Assembly (NCBI GenBank): GCA_023205875.1
Contig: CP060756.1
Span: forward strand, 558,001 to 622,000
Length of the DNA: 64,000 nucleotides
Source of the DNA: Chloropicon primus
Taxonomy: Eukaryota
Direction of reading: 5' to 3'
Below the pieces are notes generated by a model. That model was not told the origin of the DNA and ran no database searches. It was given only the letters and a program-made list of their open reading frames with translations. Positions 55,161 through 64,000 of the stretch are shown in pieces (position 1 is the first letter of the stretch; each line of letters opens with the position of its first letter). A program made the translations under genes and the position numbers.

Positions 55161-55675
55161 CCTCCTCGTCGCGTCCGTAAAAAGCAAAACCTCTTCCCGA
55201 TCGCACAGAGCCTCAAACTGCCCAAGCGAGCAGTCGACGGAAAGCTCGCGAGACGTAGTTTCTCGTCTCAAACCTTGTTTTCCAAAACAACCGTCCCAGC
55301 CGTCCCCCTTGTCGTCAACAAGCACAGGCCCAAGTCGCAGGCTCCCTTTTGTCTTATCCAATCAAGGAGAAGTGAAAGTGAGAGAGAGAGATCTGGTACA
55401 CTCAAAATGAGTCATCACCCGTACACCTGAAAAACGTCGATCGATCGATCGGTGGCGGAGGAAGAGAGGGTGCGGAGAGGGACGGCGATCGAGAGAGGAG
55501 GACAAAGGTCGGTGAGCGGGTGAGGGAGATAGAGGGGAAGGGGGAGGGACGAGGTTGTAGTTCGTCTCGAGGGCTTTCGATTGGTACCAAACTCTTTGGG
55601 TCGGACTCTCTTCGATATTGGAGAGAGAGAGAGAGAGAGAGAGAGGAGGTTTGGTTTCGTGGATCAGGGTAGACG

Positions 55676-56023
55676 ATGGCGAGGCTTGTGGCGAGCAAGA
55701 GGGAGGACGGGACAATAGAGAAGGAGCTCTTCAGTCCGGAGAGTCTGAAGCAGAATGCGGTCTCTCTCACGAACGGGTGAGTTCACTTTTCAATTCGATT
55801 CAATTCATTTCGTTCGTTTTGCGCTTTTCGAGAACTTTGTGCAAGTCTCCTCGACTGACGACGCTTGGGTGTTGGGCATTGCTGTGCAGGAGGACCATCA
55901 TAGCGATAGCGGGGGGGATTACGAGCGGTATACTGGGTCTGACGGGGTTGCAGGGAGGCCTGTGTTACTTCGTTTACATGTTGCTGGTAAGAGGGCTGGT
56001 TCGACGCAACCCACCCTTGTTTT

Positions 56024-56060
<37 letters not shown>

Positions 56061-56270
56061 GTCTGTCTCTTCGGCTTGGCGCGCTGACTTGCCTTTGCTC
56101 GCTCGCGTCGTCGTGTCCAGTTCACCCTTACCCTTGTTCTCAAGCTGGGTTGGAAGTACGAGCCGTACTTTGCGTCTTGGAACCAAATTTGCGTGGACGG
56201 GATCTTTGGGAGCATCACGACGTACATATTGTTCTGGACTCTGGCGTACAACAGCGTCCACGTGTTTTAG
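55676..56270 (+). CDS. EMC6: ER membrane protein complex subunit 6, 3 exons; introns 55777-55889 and 55987-56120
   Basis: Spliced product contains GGITSGILGLTGLQG and TYILFWTLAYNSVHVF*. Confidence 0.88.
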
Positions 56271-56448
56271 AGTTATTGCTGTATTCTACTCCTCTTTCTC
56301 GCCCCGGCTTTCGCCGTCGCTGGCCTCGTTCGACCCAGCCCGGAGAGGCGCGCGAAACTTCGGGGTGCTGCTACTGCTGCTGCCTTGGACGAGGAAGCGG
56401 ATGGGTGTGCACCTCGGCAAGGCGTCCAGCCGCGCATCCGAAGACCTC

Positions 56449-57057
56449 CTAGTACGACGTAAAGCTAGGCGGAGGTTGCATCAGCTCGTCGTCGAGGAGG
56501 TCCTGCTGCTGCTCGGCCCCCCCGAGGACGGTGATCTTCCAACCGCTGTCCTCCAAAATCGCGTACATCTTCTCCACCGACTTGCCATATTCGTCGGACT
56601 CGAAGCCGTCCGCCACCAACGACGGGTCGTACTCGTGGTTGAGCAAGCTCAGCAACACTCTGCAGTACTTGCCGGCATCGCTGCTCGACTCCCAGGTTTC
56701 CGCGAGCTGCTCCACTTCGAACATCGCCTCCACCAGAGCAGCGTCGTTCCCTTTCAGCATGCTCTGCAGGCAGCAGTTCGAGACCTCGTTCAACCTCGCC
56801 CTGGTGTTCTCGGACCCCTCACCCCTCGTTGCTGTTGTTGTCCCCGCCAGCCCCATCCACTGTTTCCACTCCTCCCCATCTTCTTCTTCTTCTTCTCGTT
56901 TTCTCAAGGACGAAGCTCCTTCGCTTGCCCCTCGCCTCCGAGCTAAAGGACACCAAGACCTCCTGCTCCGTGCCCCATCCACCCGCCACGCCCTCCTTTG
57001 ACCCAACACCCTCCTCAACACCTCGATCGACGACCCCATACCGCTGCCCTTATCCAT
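56449..57057 (-). CDS. Hypothetical protein, possibly organelle-targeted
   Basis: R-rich N-terminus and helical acidic domain with coding-like codon use. The longer upstream ORF is only the antisense of the repeat gene. Confidence 0.55.
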   Translation of the reverse strand: MDKGSGMGSSIEVLRRVLGQRRAWRVDGARSRRSWCPLARRRGASEGASSLRKREEEEEDGEEWKQWMGLAGTTTATRGEGSENTRARLNEVSNCCLQSMLKGNDAALVEAMFEVEQLAETWESSSDAGKYCRVLLSLLNHEYDPSLVADGFESDEYGKSVEKMYAILEDSGWKITVLGGAEQQQDLLDDELMQPPPSFTSY

Positions 57058-57135
57058 ATTCCAATTCCCGCGTAAAAAAGTAAAAAAAAACGCGAGGACA
57101 TCGTAAGGGAGGAGAAGAGCAAGGTTGGTCGCAAG

Positions 57136-57846
57136 ATGGACGACAGGAAGTTGATGACGGAGTCTGCGGATGCCCCTGCGTGGATGGGTGGAAGCAAGAA
57201 GCCGCTGGAGAAGCCACCGCACCACGACGAGGCGGTGTTGAAGAATGAGAACCAGCACGCCTTCCACGAAAGCAGGGAGGCCCCCGCGTGGATGGGTGGC
57301 AGCAAGAAGCCGCTGGAGAAGCCACCGCACCACGACGAGGCGGTGTTGAAGAATGAGAACCAGCACGCCTTCCACGAGAGCAGGGACGCCCCCGCGTGGA
57401 TGGGTGGCAGCAAGAAGCCGCTGGAGAAGCCACCGCACCACGACGAGGCGGTGTTGAAGAATGAGAACCAGCACGCCTTCCACGAAAGCAGGGAGGCCCC
57501 CGCGTGGATGGGTGGCAGCAAGAAGCCGCTGGAGAAGCCACCGCACCACGACGAGGCGGTGTTGAAGAATGAGAACCAGCACGCCTTCCACGAGAGCAGG
57601 GACGCCCCCGCGTGGATGGGCGGGAAGCCCGCGGAGCAAGCCGAAAGGCACGGGGACGCGGTGCTTCAAACCGAGAACCAGCACGCCTTCCACGAGTCTG
57701 AGGACGCCCCGAAGTGGTTGGGAGGAAGCGCCCAGCCGATAGAGAAGGTGCCGAGGCACGACGAGCCTCTCCTGAAGGCCGAGTACGAGCAAGCGTTCCA
57801 CGAGAGTAAGAATGCTCCAGATTTTCTGAAGCACGTTCAAGATTAA
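57136..57846 (+). CDS. Tandem-repeat protein, ~6 x 36 aa
   Basis: 108-nt unit encodes APAWMGGSKKPLEKPPHHDEAVLKNENQHAFHESR[E/D]. The last two units are diverged but in frame. TGTAA downstream. Confidence 0.75.
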   Translation: MDDRKLMTESADAPAWMGGSKKPLEKPPHHDEAVLKNENQHAFHESREAPAWMGGSKKPLEKPPHHDEAVLKNENQHAFHESRDAPAWMGGSKKPLEKPPHHDEAVLKNENQHAFHESREAPAWMGGSKKPLEKPPHHDEAVLKNENQHAFHESRDAPAWMGGKPAEQAERHGDAVLQTENQHAFHESEDAPKWLGGSAQPIEKVPRHDEPLLKAEYEQAFHESKNAPDFLKHVQD

Positions 57847-57992
57847 GCGGCGACTGGAGCGGTTTAGGTCCCCCTCTTTGCTGGGTTGTGTAATATTTTT
57901 TTATCTTTTTCGTTCAAGCAACCGCACGACGAGGCCCGCGCCAAAGGAGGAGAAGAGACTCCTCGAGGGACGCTTGCCTTGCTTGCACATTT

Positions 57993-59470
57993 TTAGGTTC
58001 TGTATCGAAGGAAGACGGCAGCGATGGCGAAGAACACGAGAACGCCTCCCACGCAGGACAGGACTGTCACCAGGACGAAGACCGTGTGAGAATTTTCAGA
58101 GTCGTTCACCAGGTTCATGCCAAAGATTCCCGCGACCGCGGCCACGGTTCCGATCGACAGGGTCCCCGTGGTGAGCAGGAGCTCGATCTGGATGAGCTTG
58201 TTCCGGTGGTGGTCCAGCTCTAACCTGAGGAGGCCCTCCGTGTTGTCGATTTTCTCTTTCAGGGCCGACAACTTTTTCACCAAGAAATCCGTTTTCAAGA
58301 AGTAAACTTCGAGAAAGGCCTCCACGGCCTGGGGAGAGCAACACGGTGGTGTCAGATGGCGATGCGAGGGATCTCGAGGTTGCGCTTTGGACTTACCTCC
58401 ATGACGTCTATCTCCTTCGCCTCGTAGTATGGAACCGAGCTCTTGATGGAAGTCAGTTTCGAGTGGTTCATCCTCCGCCTCCAAGTCCTCCTTTTCGCTG
58501 CCCCGGAGGGAAAGTTGTGGTCGAAGCGAGGCGAATTGATGTTGATGCTGTCGACGCTTCGCTCCGGAATCGTCGCTGGCGTCTGGACGACCGGGCTGTT
58601 CCCCATCATGTCCGGCGTCCCGTCTCCCGGGTCCCCGAGGCACATGTTGAGCATGTCCTCGTCGTCGTCAAGGAGCCGCTCGAGCTCCTCCCGGACTTTG
58701 GTGACCCGGGAAATGAGCCCGTTCAAGGTTGTCTTCATCCCCCTCACGTTCTCCAGGGACTTCCTGCTCACCTGCCTCCCCAGAGTCTGCAGGGCGCGCA
58801 CGGATTCCCTCTCCCGCAGGGCGACCTCCTCGTGCAAGAAACTCGTGAACTCGTTCAGAGCCGCCTCCGTGGCCCGGAGCTCGAACGGCAGCTTCAAGTC
58901 GATCGACATGAGCTGCGACCTTATCTCCTCCTCTCCCATCCCGAGCCTCTCCTTGTCGTCAAGCCTCTGGTAGATCGACTCCTCGAAGTCGTGGAACGAG
59001 TTGTGGCACGACGCATAGTGCGGGTCCTCCCTCACTTTCAGGCTCACGGAGAGGGCCCTCTTCAGCCTGCTCAGCGAGCGGGAGGCCGTCTCGGAGAATT
59101 CCGCGGAAGACGACGTGTCCAGCAGCCAGACTTGGTCCGCGCAGCAGATCACCTTGATGTGCTCCAGGTTCAGGATGATGGACTGCTCCCTGATGAAAAC
59201 TGCGGAAGGGTAGGGGGTGAAGAGCATGGGGTCGAGGACCCGCATGTCGCGCAGGGGGATGAGCAGCCTCGTCGCTAGCGTGTACTTGTCCACCTCGTGC
59301 GTCCTCATCTTCCCCCTCTCGTCGAAGAAGAACCACACCTTGGGCCTCATCGGGTTCACCTTGGGCTTCCCCAACATCAGCTCCCCGGCGTCAGCGCCCT
59401 CCTCGCCGAAGGGGTCCAACGCCTCCCGCCGGGGCCGCGAGCTGCCGAAGAAGGAGAACGACGACGACAT
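57993..59470 (-). CDS. MRS2/CorA magnesium transporter, 2 exons; intron 58329-58396
   Basis: RDMRVLDP, LPFELRA.E, LLDDDEDM, LDHHRN.L, GIFGMNL signature. Confidence 0.93.
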
Positions 59471-59641
59471 GCCTTCGCTCCTCCGCTTGCACCACCACCT
59501 CCTCCGGGCTCGAGCTTTGGACTCCTGGAGCGACCGACGACGAGCGTGATCCTCCTCTTGCCTCTACTTTTGGGATCACAGAATCCTGTAACGTTCGTGG
59601 GTCCCAAGGACAAGAGTGGAGAGGAAGGGGAGAGAGGGAGA

Positions 59642-59679
<38 letters not shown>

Positions 59680-59689
59680 CTGTTGTTGT

Positions 59690-59720
<31 letters not shown>

Positions 59721-59928
59721 AATGCACCTTGTTGTCCTCCAAGAAAAAAAATGTGTATTATTCGTATTTGTTCTTGTGATTAGTTATGCTTCCGCTCTCG
59801 GAAGCTAAATGTGTTTCGTGGCTGCTACTTTATTTTAACTGGGTTTTTTTGGTTTCGTTCCGATTCGGTGGCCCCTCGCCTCACCTCACCTCGACGGCGG
59901 TGTCGCGACCGACGCCCAGAAAGAAGAT

Positions 59929-61555
59929 TTACGCTCTGGAGAAGATGGTCTCGAGGAGCAAGAAGGCGACGGTGTATGGGTCGACGTTGGCGGATGGGCG
60001 CCTGTCCTCCAAGTACCCCTTTCCTTCGATCTCGACCTGCCGAGGGATTCTGATGCTGGCTCCCCTATCGGCGACACCGGACCTGAAGGTGGAGATGTCG
60101 CAGGTCTCGTGGAGTCCCGTCAGCCTCTGCTCGTTTCCGAGGCCGTACTGGGTGATATGCTTCTCGTGGGTCTTGGAGAGCTTGTCGACGGCGTCGTTGA
60201 TGGCCTTGACTCCTCCCTCGTTCCTCATGCTCTTGGTGGAGAAGTTGGTGTGGGCTCCCGTTCCGTTCCAGTCTCCCTTGACAGGCTTTGGGTCGAAGGT
60301 GCACACGATGCCCATGTCCTCTCCGAGTCTGTGGAGGAGCCATCTGGAGATCATGACGGAGTCGCCGAGCTCGAGGGGGCCGACGGGTCCGACCTGGTAC
60401 TCCCACTGGCCGGGCATGACCTCGGCGTTGATTCCGCTGACCTGGATTCCGGCCTTGATGCAGGCGTCGAGGTGGGCCTCGGCGAGGGGCCTCCCGTAGA
60501 CGGCCTCGTTACCGGCGCCGCAGTAGAAAGGTCCCTGGGGGGCAGGGTAGCCGCCCTCTGGCCATCCGAAGACCCTCCCGTCGGAGCCGAGCATGGTGTA
60601 CTCCTGCTCGAACCCGTACAGTGGCTCCTCGGCGTTGATCTCCTTGTCCAAGATGTTCACGAGCCTGTCCCTGGTGTTGGTCGGGTGTGGCTTCCCGTCG
60701 GGGGTGAGGACCTCGCAGAGCACGAGGACGTGGTTCTCCCCCCTGATTGGGTCGGGGCAGGAGAACACCGGCTTCAGGAGGCAATCGGAGTCGTCTCCCT
60801 CGGCCTGGCCGGTCGAGGACCCGTCGAAGGACCACATAGGAAAGTCGGTGCTTCCGGCGGGGAGTGGGGTCTGCATGACCTTAGTCTTCGACCTCATCTC
60901 GTTGAACATGATCTCCTTCTGGCCCTCCAGGCCGTCGTACCAGATGTACTCGGCCTTCTGGGCGTTCGTGTTCCCGGCCCTCACCTTGAGGCACAGGCCC
61001 CTCGAGTTCGCCTTTTGTTTTTTTTGGGGGGGGATTGGGTTGGGACACCACCACCACGAGACAAGAAAAAAAAAAACAGAGAGGCATCAGCGAGGTGCTC
61101 GTCGTCGAGGGAGTGCGACGGCCTTGATTCGGCCGGCACGAACGCTTTCGCTGGTCACGTCACTCACCTTCCTGGCGACATTGCGCCTCTGGGCCAAAGC
61201 GGCTCCGTTGAAGGAGGAAGCCTTGGCGCTGGTGGCCTGCACGTGCACCGAATGGACACAAAAGTAAACCACGAAAGGACGAGGCGAGACGAGGTCGTCA
61301 GTTCCCGGTCCCATCCATCACGAACAAAAACTCCCGCCATCGCGTCACCAAACAAAGTCAAGTCGACACACACACAAAGAGAGAGAGAGAGAGAGGCAGA
61401 GAGAGAACGCCACCCCTCGAGCAGCCTCGAATCCACCGGAGCGATCGAAGCGAGAGTTCGTTGGTTCGCGCAAGGCGAGGGATTGGGAAGGTTTTGTATC
61501 GGTGAGGTCCCAAAGGCGGTGCGCTTACCGTCTTGCTCATCGTTCTCGCGTTCAT
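59929..61555 (-). CDS. Glutamine synthetase type II with transit peptide, 3 exons (61555-61529, 61236-61168, 61011-59929)
   Basis: AEYIW, FDGSSTGQA, GFEQEY, NAEVMPGQWEYQ, DWNGTGAHTN, RLTGLHET, GYLEDRRP. The two short 5' exons splice in frame. Confidence 0.95.
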
Positions 61556-62182
61556 GATCGTCGTGTCGTCGTCTTCGTCTTCGTGTTTGTGATCGATCGA
61601 TCCGATCGCTTTCTCTTTTTCTTCTTTTTCTTCTTTTTTCGGGTTTTTTGGTTTCGATTTCGCCTCTTCGGCATTCTCAGGGCCACAGAACCCACAAGAC
61701 CGCGTTCTTGCATATCTGGCCCAAATGAACGAGAACCCCACGTTCACGTTTTTTCTCGATTTGATGGATTTCCTCGGTCGTCCTGGCACGTTCGGATTGA
61801 CTGGTGGAAAGAAGTGACAACTCAACCACAGTGCTGTGGTCTTCTCCCAAGAAAGACCGCACGTGTTTCGACGACGTCGACGGAGTCTCTTTTTGGCGTA
61901 CAGCCTGTCGAGGGACACGACACGACACGACACGCTTCGAGCCTCGAACAGACCTGCATGCGAGAGAGAGAGAGAGAGAGAGAGAGATCCTAGAATAGGA
62001 TAACGTGACGTAACCTCCATGCATTGCGGGCACCAGAGGGTGGAGAGGGAGAAGAGAGAGGTCTCTCGTTTGGCGACAAGTTTCGTTGTCGTTGCAGCCC
62101 CTCCTGTCGATCCAGAAGAAGATATATATCATTCCTATTGATAACTTCTCCCTCCAGCCCATTGCAGCCTTCAGGGAGGGGG

Positions 62183-62213
<31 letters not shown>

Positions 62214-62490
62214 GTCTCTCGTTTGGCGAAAAGCTTCTCTCGTCGCTCGTCTCGTCTTCTGGGATGAATGAATGAATGGATGGATGGATGGAGTGCTCCC
62301 GAACTCGGAAAGTCTCTCTCTCTCTCTCGTCCCGGGCTCGCCGAGCAAAGGAGGGTAGAGTTAGAGACCTTTTTTCTTTGGGCGAGGGAGACGAGATGAG
62401 GTGCCTGACGATCACGACGACGACGAGGACAACGAGGACGACGACGACGACGACGACGATCATCTGCACGTGAGCGGTGAAACGAGAGAT

Positions 62491-64000
62491 ATGAGAGGAG
62501 CAGAAGCTTCTGCTTCTGCTTCTGCTGCGGACTCCGCCGCCGTTGTCGTCGACAACGACAACAACATCAGCTACCTGTCCGGCCTCGGCCTCGACCTCCT
62601 GGACCTGGTCCACGCCGGCCCCAAAACCGCCGCCACCAAACGAGGGAGGAGGTTCGAGGACACCAAGGACTTTGTCGACATGCCCCTGCTGGCCTCTTCC
62701 CTGGGGGAGGTCGTGGACAGGCTGAGGTCCCCGTCCGCGTCCACCAGCGCCGAGGCGGTGCTCGCCTCCTGCTTCGGGCCCCCCGGCTCCGACCTGGAGT
62801 CCGCCGCGCCGGACGACTGGTCCCCCGCCGGTGGAGATCCCGACGACGACGACGACGACAACGACGTCCTGCTGCTTCGGAGGCACATCCACGGGTGCTG
62901 GCCCGCCCTATGCAAGCGTCCTCTCCACCCCGGTGGCGGCGGAGGCGGCACCACGGTCCTGGCCCTGCCTCACAAGATGTTCGTCCCCGGAAGCAGGTTC
63001 CGGGAGCAGTATTACTGGGACTCCTACTTCGTGCTCCAGGGGCTCCTGGCCTCCCGCATGGGGACGAGCGCCCTGCAGCTCACGGAGAACTTGCTGCATT
63101 GCGTGGAGCGTTACGGCTTCGTCCCGAACGGCACGAGGACCTACTATCTGGGGAGGAGCCAGCCGCCCCTGCTGTCCGAGATGGTCGCCGACCTCTACAG
63201 GTGGTCCCTGGACAACGAGGACGACTCCGTCCTGCCGGCGGGGTTCCTGGACGGGGCCCTGCCTCTCCTGGTGAGGGAGCACGAGTATTGGACCAAGGGG
63301 GACCACCTCGTGAGGGTCGGAGGGCGCGAACTCCTGAGGTACCACGCCGGCACGACCTGCCCCCGGCCCGAGTCGTACGTCGAGGACCGCGAGGCCACCT
63401 CGAGCCCCGGCGTGTACAGAGAGATCGCCACGATGGCGGAGAGCGGCTGGGACTTCTCCGGCCGCTGGCTGCGGGACTCCAAGGACTTGAGTACGTCCCG
63501 AGCCACGAGGGTCGTGCCCGTCGACCTGAACACGATCGTGGCCAGGATGGAGGCGAACGTGTCCCTCGTCGCGGGGGCCCTGGGCCGCGAGGACGTCCGT
63601 CGCGAGTACGAGCTCCTGTCCGGACGGAGGTTCGACTCCATCGACGAGGTGCTATGGGACGAGGGGTCCGGCCAGTGGAAGGACCTGGTGCTCGGGGAAG
63701 AGGAGGAGGAGGAGGAGGAAGTGCCCCGGCGCTGCACCACGTACGCGTCCAACTGGCTTCCGCTCTGGAGGGACCGAGGCCTGCCCCCCGGCAGGGCCGA
63801 GGCCGCCGTGGCCTCCCTCGAGGCGTCCGGCCTCGTCCTTCCCGGCGGCCTCGCCACCTCCGTGCAGCGCACCGGGCACCAGTGGGACTACCCCAACGCC
63901 TGGGCTCCCCTTCAGTACCTCGTGCACGAGGGCTTGACCTCCTCCGGGGGGTCCAGAGGCCGGGACCTCGCCTCCAAGATCGCCAAAAACTTCCTCCGTA
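62491..64000 (+). CDS. Trehalase, GH37 (partial; runs off window end; start uncertain)
   Basis: Manual translation gives DTKDFVDM, VPGSRFREQYYWDSY, GFVPNGTRTYYLGRSQPP, PRPESY, AESGWDFSGRW, QWDYPNAWAPLQ. Confidence 0.93.
   Translation, partial: MRGAEASASASAADSAAVVVDNDNNISYLSGLGLDLLDLVHAGPKTAATKRGRRFEDTKDFVDMPLLASSLGEVVDRLRSPSASTSAEAVLASCFGPPGSDLESAAPDDWSPAGGDPDDDDDDNDVLLLRRHIHGCWPALCKRPLHPGGGGGGTTVLALPHKMFVPGSRFREQYYWDSYFVLQGLLASRMGTSALQLTENLLHCVERYGFVPNGTRTYYLGRSQPPLLSEMVADLYRWSLDNEDDSVLPAGFLDGALPLLVREHEYWTKGDHLVRVGGRELLRYHAGTTCPRPESYVEDREATSSPGVYREIATMAESGWDFSGRWLRDSKDLSTSRATRVVPVDLNTIVARMEANVSLVAGALGREDVRREYELLSGRRFDSIDEVLWDEGSGQWKDLVLGEEEEEEEEVPRRCTTYASNWLPLWRDRGLPPGRAEAAVASLEASGLVLPGGLATSVQRTGHQWDYPNAWAPLQYLVHEGLTSSGGSRGRDLASKIAKNFLR

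Overview
Gene-dense, GC-rich eukaryotic nuclear DNA from a compact green-algal genome. The evidence is short GT-AG introns, TGTAA at or just after several stop codons (the chlorophyte poly(A) signal), (GA)n/(CA)n microsatellites and many plastid-targeted genes. A Chloropicon/prasinophyte-type alga is my inference. About 35 protein genes can be supported. Recognisable ones are an MFS transporter, two fibrillins, a Nudix hydrolase, a CotH-family secreted kinase, plastid RecA, PI4K-beta, an OSBP protein, CCT4, an OSCA/TMEM63 channel, DHAR, a kinase with FHA domain, PAM68, an AI-2E transporter, Toc75, NXD1, cardiolipin synthase, an SPP-like HAD phosphatase, a CBP/p300 HAT, a type II H+-PPase, an FKBP, EMC6, MRS2, glutamine synthetase and trehalase. 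Several spliced genes are missing from or fragmented in the ORF track and were rebuilt by hand (FAM177-like, EMC6, GS 5' exons, trehalase). The most interesting signals are: an intact but N-terminally truncated formate-THF ligase ORF joined to the fibrillin stop by a TAATG overlap; an ELF3-like candidate clock protein; an FN2-LTD-CotH secreted kinase; twin near-identical 107-nt introns; a hairpin-rich gene-free island that may encode ncRNA; and a 6 x 202-bp array with dimeric higher-order structure. No CRISPR, rRNA, tRNA or intact transposon was seen. All family calls come from motif recognition by eye, not database searches.
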